64,000 nucleotides of DNA from an uncultured Ignavibacteriales bacterium (GCA_964627305.1 CAZVHP010000001.1:269792-333791), one strand, 5' to 3'. Counted from the stretch's first letter, positions 45,965 through 55,596 are shown. Notes: generated from the sequence alone by a model not told the origin. Numbers and translations are program-made.

Positions 45965-48142
45965 ATGATTGCCCGGGCACACCAGGGAAGTAGATTGCAC
46001 ACACCGTTACGAAAAGGGGAAGCCAAAGGGCTGCGTGCCGTTATCTGGGCCGCCCTGTTAGTATTCGTTCTCGTCGGAACGGTCTCCGCCGAGCTGGCCG
46101 ACAAACAACAGATGGACAATGTTGCCGTTAACTGGGTTTTGTCCCATACCGCCTCGTTCGGCCAGTGGGCCGAGGCGACCGATCCCCAGATAACCGGAAT
46201 GGACCCGCTGTACCACAACGACACCCTGGTCGGTCACTGTTACCATATTGCACCGGCCGGATACGTTGTCGTCCCGGTACTGATGGAACTGCCGCCGGTG
46301 AAGCTCTATTCCGATGTCAGCAATCTCGACGTCAATGCTGCCGATGGCATGGCGCTGATGGTCCGCGAAGTGCTGCTGCATAGGATGCAGTACTACATTG
46401 ATCGCTTCGGCTCGCTCGATGCGGTCCAGACCGACAAGAGCGATATTGCTTACGACCCGGCTAATCGGGCCGAATGGGACAGATTCGCTGTCGACCCGGA
46501 AGACTTCGCCCAGCAGCTTCAGTCCGGTCAGAAGGCCGACATTCAGCAGGTCGGACCGCTGCTCACGCAATCCTGGCACCAGGGGTACCCGTACAATCTA
46601 CTGGCGCCGTATGGCGATGGCGGCCGCTGTGTGGTTGGCTGCGTTGCGACCGCCGCGGCTCAGATCATGGCGTATCACAAGTGGCCGATCCAGGGTAACG
46701 GTACCGTATCGTACTACTGGAGCGGCGATTACTCCTGCGGCGGCAGCACCCCCGGTCAGCAGTTGTCCGCCGATCTGACCAATCCCTACGATTGGGATAA
46801 TATGCCCGATGACTGCCACGACGGTTGCACCAGCGCCGAACGCGACGCTGTCGCCGAGCTGTGCTACGAAGTTGGTGTTGCGTTCCAGATGAACTACGGC
46901 CGTTGCGGGTCGGGCGCCTATACCTCGTATGCCCAGACTGTCTTCCCGGAGTACTTCGGCTACAGCGATTCTCTGATCGACCGCACGAACCGCTCGAATA
47001 CCTCCGCCGCCGCTTACTTCCAACTCATCCAGGACGAGATCAACAACCTCAGGCCGATGCAATACCGCATATACTCTCACTCCATAGTCTGCGATGGCTG
47101 GCGACTGCAGGGTGAAACCAAGCAGATGCACCTTAACTACGGTTGGGATAGCGGTCACAACGCCTGGTACACAATGGACAATCTGCACTGCCCCTGGGAT
47201 GGTTGCTCCCCCTGGGAGGAGTATATCATCCATGGAATCATGCCGTTCAATGCCGCCAGCTTCAGTTGCGACAAGGCTGTCGGCCAGGTCCCTCTTGAGG
47301 TCGCCTTTCAAGGCGGCTCCGACCTGATGGTCGACCAGTGGATATGGGATTTTGGCGACGGAGACTCCGCCTGGACCCAGTCTCCTGTGCACACCTACAG
47401 CGAACCCGGTGTCTATACCGTCGTCCTTGAAGTCCACGCCGGATCCGATGTCTACGCCAGTACCCGCCAGGACTACATTGCCGCTCTCGCCGACACGATG
47501 GTGGCCATGGAAATCGAGGGTGGCCCCGGCGACACCGTCGAAGTCGTGGTCTACGGCCGCAATGTGTGCCCGTTGGATGATATCCGTATACCTGTCCAGG
47601 TCTCCGGTGATCTCGTATTGACCATGCTCGGATACACAACTCAGGACTGCCGCACCAGCTACTTCGACTTGCAGGACTACGTCCACTGGGATGCCTTCTT
47701 CAACCGCTACACGGCGCGCCTGCAGGTTGACGCCCAACCCGATCTCGGTGCCGGTGACGGCCCCCTGGCGCGGCTTCTGTTCGCCATCTCCACTGCCGCC
47801 GAACCCGGACAATCCGCACAGGTGAGTATTGGCGGCTACGGTGACTATCAGCCCCGGTTCAGCGGACCGGTAGCGTCATACAATCCGTACGTCATCTCCG
47901 GTACCGTCAATATGGCCGGATGCTGTATCGGTATCCGCGGCAACGTTGACAATGATCCCAACAACCTGGTAAATGTCAGCGATGTCACCGCCTTGATCGC
48001 CTTCCTGTTCGATGACGGCCCCATGCCCGAATGTCCCGAAGAAGCCGATGTCAGCGCGGATGGCAACATAAACGTCCAGGACCTGACCTTCCTGATCTCC
48101 TATCTGTTCGACGACGGCCCGCCGCCGCCATCCTGCTACTGA
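45965..48142 (+). CDS. Paralogous exported C10-family cysteine peptidase with PKD domain and dockerin-like module
   Basis: AAGGAG upstream of the ATG. SWHQGYPYNLLAP, CVVGCVATAAAQIMAYHKWP, IYSHSIVCDGW, PKD WDFGDGDSAWTQSPVHTYSEPGVYTV, C-terminal GNVDNDPNNLVNVSDVTALIAFLF ... DVSADGNINVQDLTFLISYLF. Confidence 0.82.
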   Translation: MIARAHQGSRLHTPLRKGEAKGLRAVIWAALLVFVLVGTVSAELADKQQMDNVAVNWVLSHTASFGQWAEATDPQITGMDPLYHNDTLVGHCYHIAPAGYVVVPVLMELPPVKLYSDVSNLDVNAADGMALMVREVLLHRMQYYIDRFGSLDAVQTDKSDIAYDPANRAEWDRFAVDPEDFAQQLQSGQKADIQQVGPLLTQSWHQGYPYNLLAPYGDGGRCVVGCVATAAAQIMAYHKWPIQGNGTVSYYWSGDYSCGGSTPGQQLSADLTNPYDWDNMPDDCHDGCTSAERDAVAELCYEVGVAFQMNYGRCGSGAYTSYAQTVFPEYFGYSDSLIDRTNRSNTSAAAYFQLIQDEINNLRPMQYRIYSHSIVCDGWRLQGETKQMHLNYGWDSGHNAWYTMDNLHCPWDGCSPWEEYIIHGIMPFNAASFSCDKAVGQVPLEVAFQGGSDLMVDQWIWDFGDGDSAWTQSPVHTYSEPGVYTVVLEVHAGSDVYASTRQDYIAALADTMVAMEIEGGPGDTVEVVVYGRNVCPLDDIRIPVQVSGDLVLTMLGYTTQDCRTSYFDLQDYVHWDAFFNRYTARLQVDAQPDLGAGDGPLARLLFAISTAAEPGQSAQVSIGGYGDYQPRFSGPVASYNPYVISGTVNMAGCCIGIRGNVDNDPNNLVNVSDVTALIAFLFDDGPMPECPEEADVSADGNINVQDLTFLISYLFDDGPPPPSCY

Positions 48143-48195
48143 TACGCGGCAGGTACGATCACATAAGATATTGACTACCAGTAGTCATGCGCTCA

Positions 48196-48227
48196 GCGGC
48201 CGATGGTTCATCAGAATCATCGGCCGC
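48196..48227 (+). terminator. Strong hairpin after the second C10 gene (possible terminator)
   Basis: GCGGCCGATG-(12 nt, partly paired)-CATCGGCCGC perfect 10-bp stem. The downstream CCGCCTTTACAG is only weakly T-rich. Confidence 0.4.
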
Positions 48228-48361
48228 CCGCCTTTACAGACAACCTGCCCCGAATCTGCTCTACGGGCTTGCCTGCCGCCGATTTGCGGTGTACTATGAC
48301 CACTTCACATGTTGCCGCAATGGCGATGCCCTGTTAAGCAAGAAACAAGGGAGAGCAATCC

Positions 48362-51300
48362 GTGACTGTCCGCACCGCGATTTCCTCAGCCATCTTCATC
48401 TGTATCCTGATCCTCGCCTCGGCTGCCTTCACCGCCGCCGATGAAATCCTGTACGCCCGATACCCGGTCCTGTCTCCGGATAACCAGACCATCGCCTTTA
48501 CCTGGCAGGGCGACATATGGGCTGTTCCCGCAGGTGGGGGAGAGGCAACCCGCCTGACGGTCCATGAGGCCGAGGACATCAGACCGTACTACTCACCCGA
48601 CGGACGCTGGCTCATGTTCTCCTCGCGGCGCTACAACAACTACGATGTCTTCATCATACCCGCCACAGGCGGCTCGGCCAAACGCCTGACTGTTCATTCC
48701 TCCGACGACTTCGGCTCCGGCTGGACCCCCGGCAGCGACAGCGTCATCTTTACCTCGCATCGCAACTCCCGTCGCGATATCTACGCCGTCTCCATCGAGG
48801 GCGGAACTCCGGTCGGACTGGCCACCACCCCGTGGGAACACCTGTACGGCGGTCGCATCTCCGGCGATGGCACCAGGCTGCTGTTCGCCAGCGGCTCCGG
48901 CCTGTCTCGTTGGTGGCGACGCGATTTGCGTACGGCTATGGTCGCCGATCTTTACGTTCAGGATCGCACCGTCACGCCGTTCACCTCCACGCGACTAACC
49001 AATCACGGCGGTCACGACCTGTGGCCGGTCCTCAACTGGGAGACCGATGATGTCTACTTCGTCTCCTGCCGCGGCGACTGGGCGCAGGTGTTCCGAACGG
49101 ATTTGTCCGGCCTTGAGGCGACTCCCATCACCAGCTTTGACGGCGATGGCGTCCAGTGGCTGAACAGCAATCCCCAGGGAACCCAGCTCGTGTTTGAACA
49201 GGGTTTCAAGATCTGGCATCTGGACCCGTCGCTTCCCGCTCTCAGGTCCGTGCCCATTCGCATCGCCACCGATGAGCGAACGAACCTCATCGAACACAAG
49301 CGCCTCACCGAAGATGTCGAGTGGTTCCAGTTGTCTCCTGATGGTCGGAAGATCGTCGCCGTCGTTCACGGTGAACTCTATCTCCTGCCTGCCGAGGACC
49401 CCCGGCTCGCCCGCCGTCTGACAGAGACATCTGCACGAGAACGCTTCCCTGTCTGGGGGCCGGACTCGCGCACCATCTACTATGCCTCCGACCGCAATGG
49501 CAACTACGACATCTTCGCTCTTGATGCCACTACCGGCGAGGAACGCCAGCTCACCCGTGACAGTGTCGACGAAACCAAGCCGTTGGTGTCTCCCGATGGT
49601 CGCTGGCTGGTCTTCTATCGCGGCCTCAGGCAGATCAGTCGCTACGATCTGGCCAAGGACAGGGAGTCCGTATGGATCGAAGGACCCTTCCTTGACGGCG
49701 GTGTAGCAATGACTATGGAATACGCCTGGTCACCAGATTCCAAATGGCTCACGTACACAATGGGGGGCCCCACCTTCGAGTCCAATACCTATGCCGCTGA
49801 CTTCGAGAACAACCGGTACAACCTGAGTCTGTTTGTCGACTGGAACTACCGTCCGCTCTTCTCGCCCCGGGGCGATTATGTGTATTTCACCTCCAACAAT
49901 CGTTGGGATCGCGGCATCTACCGCGTGCACCTCCAGCCCCGCCCAATCGAGTTCGACGAAGCCGCCATTGACAGCCTGTTCGTGGAGACCGAGAAGCATA
50001 AGGCGAAGGGCAACGACCGCGGCCCGGACAGGGACAGCCTCCAGGCTGCACCTTTCGAAGTCACCATGGACACCAGTCGCATTGACCTGCGCCGCGAGAA
50101 GATGGTTCGCCTCGATGCCCCCGGCGAGTCTCCTGTCGTCACCCCCGACGGCAAACAGCTTCTGTTCGTCGCTCCGGTCCTTGGCAAACCCGAGATATGG
50201 TCGGTCAGGATCGACGAGGACGATCCGAACCTCACCCAGATCACGCGTTCGGGCAAAGCCAAGACACAGTTGCAGGTGTCGCCGGACGGCAAGCGAGTCT
50301 TCTACCTCCAGAGCGGCAACATCCTGAGCTGCGAGATCGAATCTGCCAAATGTGAAAGCCTGCCGCTTTGCGCCGAGCTTGAGGTCAACACCATCGAGAA
50401 CAACCGGCAGAAGTTCCGCGAAGGCTGGCAGATGCTCAACAGCTATTTCTATGACACGACTTTCCACGGCACCAACTGGGACGGCGTCCGGGCCAGGTAT
50501 CAACCGGTCGTGGACCACATCCGCTCCGAGGAGGAGTTCCGCAATCTCTTCATGGAACTGATGGGCGAACTGCGCGCCTCTCACCTGCACATCTACTCCC
50601 GTGAACCCGGCCCTGCACCGGCCGTGCGCACCGGCTGTCTCGGGGTCGACTGGGATTACGGCGCCCTGCGAGACGAGGGCATGCTTCGAATCGGAACTGT
50701 CCTGCCGTCTTCCGCCGCCGCTCGTGCCGGCCTCAAACCGGGCCAGGTTCTGCTCGCAGTGAACGAGACACCGTTGGCCACAACGACCAACGTTCATGAA
50801 CTGCTCGCCGGCACAACCGGACGCCGGGTGACTGTCACCGTGTCGGACAAACCCGGAGGCAAGACCATGCAGGTCGAACTCAAACCGGAGTCTGAAGGTG
50901 CAGAGAACAACCATCGCTACGAGGCGTGGATAGTGCGCAACCGTGCCATCGTCGACTCGCTTTCCGGCGGTCGCCTGGCCTATCTTCACATTCGCAGCAT
51001 GAACCAGCCCGCTTTGGAGCGCTTCGAGCAGGAACTGGTCAACTTGGCCGAAGACAAGCTTGGTGCCATCATCGATGTCCGCTTTAACGGCGGCGGCTGG
51101 ACAGCCGTGCATATTCTGGGCACCCTTATCAAATCACCATATATTATGCGTTCCTTCCGCGGCGAACCGCCAACATCAGAGAACAAGATGCGTTCCAAGG
51201 CATGGGAACGCCCCCTCGCGCTGCTGATCAACAGCGCCTCCGGATCCAACGCCGAGATCTTTGCCGAAGGGTTTCGCAAACTCGCACTCGGCCCGGTCAT

Positions 51301-51535
51301 CGGCACACATACCAGCGGTGCCGTCATCGGCACCAGCTCGTATGAGCTGATCGACGGCACGACTATCCGACGGCCATCATGGGGAGCCTTCACTACCGAC
51401 ATGGTAGACACAGACTTAACCCCTCGCCAACCGGATGTCGTGGTAGAGATGCTGCCCGATGATTACATTAACGAACGCGACCCGCAACTGACCCGCGCCG
51501 TCCGAGAGCTGATCGACGAACTGGACCGCCGATGA
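48362..51535 (+). CDS. Second tricorn-protease homolog (S41B), exported
   Basis: AAGGGAGAG upstream of GTG 48362. Signal-like AISSAIFICILILASAAFTA. RYPVLSPDNQTIAFTWQGDIWAVPAGGGEATRLT, TolB-like repeats and an S41 C-terminal domain parallel to the first copy. Confidence 0.85.
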   Translation: MTVRTAISSAIFICILILASAAFTAADEILYARYPVLSPDNQTIAFTWQGDIWAVPAGGGEATRLTVHEAEDIRPYYSPDGRWLMFSSRRYNNYDVFIIPATGGSAKRLTVHSSDDFGSGWTPGSDSVIFTSHRNSRRDIYAVSIEGGTPVGLATTPWEHLYGGRISGDGTRLLFASGSGLSRWWRRDLRTAMVADLYVQDRTVTPFTSTRLTNHGGHDLWPVLNWETDDVYFVSCRGDWAQVFRTDLSGLEATPITSFDGDGVQWLNSNPQGTQLVFEQGFKIWHLDPSLPALRSVPIRIATDERTNLIEHKRLTEDVEWFQLSPDGRKIVAVVHGELYLLPAEDPRLARRLTETSARERFPVWGPDSRTIYYASDRNGNYDIFALDATTGEERQLTRDSVDETKPLVSPDGRWLVFYRGLRQISRYDLAKDRESVWIEGPFLDGGVAMTMEYAWSPDSKWLTYTMGGPTFESNTYAADFENNRYNLSLFVDWNYRPLFSPRGDYVYFTSNNRWDRGIYRVHLQPRPIEFDEAAIDSLFVETEKHKAKGNDRGPDRDSLQAAPFEVTMDTSRIDLRREKMVRLDAPGESPVVTPDGKQLLFVAPVLGKPEIWSVRIDEDDPNLTQITRSGKAKTQLQVSPDGKRVFYLQSGNILSCEIESAKCESLPLCAELEVNTIENNRQKFREGWQMLNSYFYDTTFHGTNWDGVRARYQPVVDHIRSEEEFRNLFMELMGELRASHLHIYSREPGPAPAVRTGCLGVDWDYGALRDEGMLRIGTVLPSSAAARAGLKPGQVLLAVNETPLATTTNVHELLAGTTGRRVTVTVSDKPGGKTMQVELKPESEGAENNHRYEAWIVRNRAIVDSLSGGRLAYLHIRSMNQPALERFEQELVNLAEDKLGAIIDVRFNGGGWTAVHILGTLIKSPYIMRSFRGEPPTSENKMRSKAWERPLALLINSASGSNAEIFAEGFRKLALGPVIGTHTSGAVIGTSSYELIDGTTIRRPSWGAFTTDMVDTDLTPRQPDVVVEMLPDDYINERDPQLTRAVRELIDELDRR

Positions 51536-51602
51536 ATGCAGAAGTCCGATGCCCGGATAAAAGGATGCGCGCCTGACCGATTTTTGGCCCCATTCTCGGT
51601 GT

Positions 51603-51637
51603 AAGCACTTGACAAAGTGCTTGCAAGACTGTTAATT
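51603..51637 (+). promoter_or_regulatory. Candidate qmoA promoter with a perfect 8+4+8 palindrome over the -35 element
   Basis: AAGCACTT-GACA-AAGTGCTT (51603-51622) embeds TTGACA (51609-51614). A 17-nt spacer leads to TTAATT (51632-51637). Confidence 0.4.
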
Positions 51638-51648
51638 GGCCGGAAAGT

Positions 51649-51666
51649 TTGTTACGAACTTCACAA
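51649..51666 (+). promoter_or_regulatory. Rex/CRP-FNR-type inverted repeat upstream of qmoA (imperfect)
   Basis: TTGTTAC-GAAC-TTCACAA. The right half is perfect and the left half has 2 mismatches against TTGTGAA. It ends 72 nt before the qmoA ATG. Confidence 0.5.
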
Positions 51667-51737
51667 GCGACTTATGACTTGAGCATACTAACACAATCGC
51701 CCACAATTAGTTGGGCGTTGGCGATAAGGAGATAGAT

Positions 51738-53018
51738 ATGGCCAAGTACGAACCGGGCGACGATGTCATCCGCGCGGAGACACTCGTAGTCGGGGGCGGC
51801 ATCGCCGGTATGACAACGGCCATCGAGACCGCTGAGGTCGGGCGCGACGTTATCCTCTTGGAACGTCAGCCCACTTTGGACGGCCGCGTTGCCTCGTCGT
51901 ATCAGTATTTCCCCAAACTGTGCCCCCCTACCTGCGGTATCGAGATCAATCTCAAGAGAATCCGCATCAACCCGCATATCCGGGTACTCACTCTGGCCGA
52001 GATCGAGTCAGTCAGCGGCTCTCCGGGCGATCTGGAGGTCAGAATCACTCTGAAGCCTCGATATGTGAATGAGCGTTGCACCTGCTGTGGCGAGTGCGCC
52101 AAGGTCTGCGAGATAGAGCGCGACAACGACTTCAACTATGGTCTGGATAAGACCAAAGCCATATACCTGCCGCACATGATGGCTTACCCGCAACGCTATG
52201 TCGTCGACCCGAGATTCGTCAACGACCCGGCCATGAAGAAATGTGTCGAGGCCTGCGAATACGGTGCCATCGAACTGGACATGCAGCCGCGCACAATCAC
52301 CGCCAAAGTCGGCGCCATCGTCTGGGCAACCGGTTGGAAGCCATACGACGCCACCAAACTGGACAATCTCGGATTCGGCAAGATCAAGAACGTCATTACC
52401 AACGTTATGATGGAGCGCCTGGCTGCGCCCAACGGTCCCACCGAGGGCAAGATCCTCCGCCCGTCCGATCAGAAGGAAGTCAAGTCCGTCGGTTTCGTGC
52501 AGTGTGCCGGCTCTCGCGATGAGAACCACCTGCCGTATTGCTCCGCCATCTGTTGTCTTGCCTCGATGAAAGAGGCAACTTACGTACGAGAGCAGTATCC
52601 CGACGCCAAAGTCCATATCTTCTACATCGATGTGCGCTCCCCGGGGCGCATGGAGGACTTCTACGTCAAACGTCAGGAAGATGACAAGATCCACTTCCAC
52701 CGTGGCAAAGTAGCCCGCATAACTGAAAACACCGCCAACGGAAACCCCATTCTGGAAGCCGAGAATACCCTGACCGGTGAGATCACCAAGACCGAAGTGG
52801 AGATGGCTGTTCTCGCGACAGGAATGGTCCCAAACAACATCGACGTCAAGCCGCCGCTCGATACACCGCTGGACGACTTCGGGTTTATTGTCCAGGGTTT
52901 CGAGCAAAACGGCGTCATCGGTGCCGGTGTTGCTGTCAGGCCATTCGATGTCTCGCAATCGGTACAGGACGGCACCGGGGCTGCCCTGAAGGCTATGAAC
53001 GTCGGGGCAAGGAGGTAA
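51738..53018 (+). CDS. qmoA: QmoA (HdrA-like flavoprotein of the quinone-interacting membrane-bound oxidoreductase complex)
   Basis: AAGGAG upstream of ATG 51738. VVGGGIAGMTTAIE, YFPKLCPPTCGIEINLKRI and PRYVNERCTCCGECAKVC closely match the QmoA pattern known from Desulfovibrio. Confidence 0.85.
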   Translation: MAKYEPGDDVIRAETLVVGGGIAGMTTAIETAEVGRDVILLERQPTLDGRVASSYQYFPKLCPPTCGIEINLKRIRINPHIRVLTLAEIESVSGSPGDLEVRITLKPRYVNERCTCCGECAKVCEIERDNDFNYGLDKTKAIYLPHMMAYPQRYVVDPRFVNDPAMKKCVEACEYGAIELDMQPRTITAKVGAIVWATGWKPYDATKLDNLGFGKIKNVITNVMMERLAAPNGPTEGKILRPSDQKEVKSVGFVQCAGSRDENHLPYCSAICCLASMKEATYVREQYPDAKVHIFYIDVRSPGRMEDFYVKRQEDDKIHFHRGKVARITENTANGNPILEAENTLTGEITKTEVEMAVLATGMVPNNIDVKPPLDTPLDDFGFIVQGFEQNGVIGAGVAVRPFDVSQSVQDGTGAALKAMNVGARR

Positions 53019-53021
53019 GCG

Positions 53022-55301
53022 ATGGATCCCAAAGTAGGAATCTACATATGCAAGGGTTGTGACATCGCTAAGGCCGTCGATGTCGACAAGCTTGTCGAGG
53101 AGGCCGGCAAGGGCAAGAACGTCGCCGTGTGCAAGGCACAGGATGTGATGTGCGCCCGTGAAGCGGTGGAACAGATTAACAAGGATATCGAGTCCGAAGG
53201 TCTCAACAGAGTTGTCATCGGCGCCTGCTCGCCGCGCGTATTCCCTGAAGTCTTCGATTTCGGACCGAAGGTGCTTACCGAGCGTGTCTCGCTGCGCGAG
53301 CACGTTGCCTGGTCTCACGAAACCGACGATGAAGAAGACATGGAAATGCTGGCCCAGGACTATATGATGATGGGTCTGGCCAAAGTCAATCACACTGAAC
53401 CGCCCGAGCCGTTCATCGCCGAGACCTCCAAAGATGTCCTCGTCGTCGGCGGTGGTGTCGCCGGCATGACGGCCGCTCGTGCCATTGCCGACGCCGGCTA
53501 CAAGGTGCACCTGGTCGAGAAGGAAGACCATCTCGGCGGCTGGGCTGCCAGGTATGCGAAGGTCTTCCCGAAACAGCCTCCGTATGATTCGCTTGAGGAC
53601 TTCGATGTCGACTCGCTCATCAAGACCGTTGAATCCCACGACAAGATCACGGTCCACAAATCCTCTGCCGTCAAGAAGAGCAAAGGACAACCGGGCGAGT
53701 TCATGGTTGAACTGAGCAATGGCTCCGCCCCCGAACCGTTTACAGTCGGAGCCATCATTCTCGCGTCCGGCTGGAAACCTTACGATCCGGCCAAACTGGG
53801 CAAGTGGGGATACGGCATTTCGCCGGACGTCATCACCAACGTCCAGATGGAAGACATGATGAAAAGCGGCGCCATCAAGCGCCCGTCAGATGGCAAAGCC
53901 CCCGAAAGCGTCGCGTTCATCCAGTGTGCCGGTTCGCGCGACAAGGACCACCTCCCGTATTGTTCGGCCGTGTGCTGCCGGGTGTCGCTCAAACAGGCGA
54001 AATACGTGCGTGAAGCATACCCCGATGCCAAGGTCTACATCATCTACAAGGACCTCCGTTCGCCACAGCAGTATGAGTTGTTCTATCAGAACGCACAGGC
54101 CGATGAAGGCATTTTTTTCACCAAAGGCGAAATCGGTGAGGTAACCTCCAACGGCGATGGTCGGGTGACTATCAATGTCTCCGAAACGCTGCTTGGTGAG
54201 GATATCCAGGTCAAGGCCGATATGGTCGTGCTGGCGGCTGGTATGGTGCCAACCACCAGGGTCGAGGGCGTCAAGGGTGATCTCGACGTCATGGCCGAGG
54301 TGGCCGAGATGCTCGATGCCGGTGAGATTCCCAAGGAGGAAGAGAAGGAAGAGGCACTCGAGGACGGCAAAAAAGCCGCTGCCGGAGCCGAAAAGGGCGC
54401 CAAAATCCTGAACCTGTCCTATCGCCAGGGAACGGACCTGCCCACTCTCAAGTACGGTTTCCCGGACTCCCACTTCATTTGTTTCCCCTATGAAACCCGC
54501 CGCACTGCCGTTTACGCGGTCGGAGGTGTTCGTGCCCCTATCGACATTGCCGGCACCATCAACGATGCCTATGGAGCCGGGCTGAAAGCCATTCAGGCCG
54601 TGGAATCCATCGCCAGGGGAGCCGCCGTGCATCCTCGCGCGGGCGATCTGTCGTATCCGGAGTTCTTCCTGCAGCGTTGCACCCAATGCAAGCGATGTAC
54701 CGAAGAATGTCCGTTTGGAGCTCTCGATGAAGATGACAAGGGTACGCCCAAGCCGAACCCCTTCCGGTGCCGTCGTTGCGGCGTCTGCATGGGGGCCTGC
54801 CCGGAGCGTATTGTCACCTTCAAAGACTACAACATCAGCATGGTCTCCAATATGATCCGGTCGATCTCCATGCCCGATGAATTCGACGAGAAACCGCGAA
54901 TACTCGCTTTCGTGTGCGAGAACGATGCCATGCCCGCACTGGAGATGGCTTCCTCATTGCGCATGAAGTACAACGAGATGATTCGCATCATCCCGTTGCG
55001 CTGCCTGGGCTCCATGAACACCATCTGGATCAGCGATGCCCTTTCCAACGGTTTCGATGGTGTCATCCTGCTGGGCTGCCGCAAGGGAGAGGACTACCAA
55101 TGCCACTTCGTCCGCGGCTCGGAACTCGCCCAGTACCGGATGGAGAATGTCAGGGAGAAACTCAAACAACTCGTGCTTGAGGAAGAACGGGTCGAGGTCC
55201 ACGAAGTCGCCATCTCCGAGTTTTACAAAATCCCGAAGATCTTCAATGACTTCCTGGAAACCATCGAGTCGGTCGGCCTGAATCCCTATAAAGGCATGTA
55301 G
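53022..55301 (+). CDS. qmoB: QmoB (HdrA-like flavoprotein with ferredoxin and C-terminal MvhD-like domains)
   Basis: 759 aa. N-terminal VGIYICKGCDIA, VVGGGVAGMTAA, CTQCKRCTEECPFGAL / CRRCGVCMGACP, and C-terminal ILAFVCENDA...LRCLGS...GVILLGCRKGEDYQCHF (MvhD-like). Confidence 0.85.
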   Translation: MDPKVGIYICKGCDIAKAVDVDKLVEEAGKGKNVAVCKAQDVMCAREAVEQINKDIESEGLNRVVIGACSPRVFPEVFDFGPKVLTERVSLREHVAWSHETDDEEDMEMLAQDYMMMGLAKVNHTEPPEPFIAETSKDVLVVGGGVAGMTAARAIADAGYKVHLVEKEDHLGGWAARYAKVFPKQPPYDSLEDFDVDSLIKTVESHDKITVHKSSAVKKSKGQPGEFMVELSNGSAPEPFTVGAIILASGWKPYDPAKLGKWGYGISPDVITNVQMEDMMKSGAIKRPSDGKAPESVAFIQCAGSRDKDHLPYCSAVCCRVSLKQAKYVREAYPDAKVYIIYKDLRSPQQYELFYQNAQADEGIFFTKGEIGEVTSNGDGRVTINVSETLLGEDIQVKADMVVLAAGMVPTTRVEGVKGDLDVMAEVAEMLDAGEIPKEEEKEEALEDGKKAAAGAEKGAKILNLSYRQGTDLPTLKYGFPDSHFICFPYETRRTAVYAVGGVRAPIDIAGTINDAYGAGLKAIQAVESIARGAAVHPRAGDLSYPEFFLQRCTQCKRCTEECPFGALDEDDKGTPKPNPFRCRRCGVCMGACPERIVTFKDYNISMVSNMIRSISMPDEFDEKPRILAFVCENDAMPALEMASSLRMKYNEMIRIIPLRCLGSMNTIWISDALSNGFDGVILLGCRKGEDYQCHFVRGSELAQYRMENVREKLKQLVLEEERVEVHEVAISEFYKIPKIFNDFLETIESVGLNPYKGM

Positions 55302-55331
55302 GCAAGACAATAACAACTGCATCTGCGAATC

Positions 55332-55363
55332 AGAACCCCCAAACTTGGGGGTTCTTTTCATTT
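55332..55363 (+). terminator. Rho-independent terminator after qmoB
   Basis: AGAACCCCC-AAACTT-GGGGGTTCT followed by TTTCATTT. Confidence 0.8.
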
Positions 55364-55596
55364 GGCCCTGTGCGCCCATATCCAGTCACTCAAGGTCTCA
55401 GATTCTGGGGGAATGTAGGGTTTATATGTAAAATCAACCTGGACACAAACACGCACCAGAGCCTTGAAATCACATTCACTTACAATGTTAAACTCTTTAA
55501 TGACAATGCTTTTAATCGTGAAGCTCGCCAACTTGACACTACCCCGTGAGTAACTGCCTTGTGACTGGAGTTAAGGAAATTTTTCACATTTTGCTC

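Noticed and set aside
52008-53690. Long antisense ORFs opposite well-supported genes (e.g. 52008..53690-, 714..1772-, 49730..51112-, 46598..47812-, 56039..57022-, 29192..30049-, 35260..36039-)
   Set aside because: Each is fully contained in, and antisense to, a gene with clear family motifs. Their translations are Gly/Val/Asp/Arg-rich, the classic stop-poor shadow frames of GC-rich DNA.
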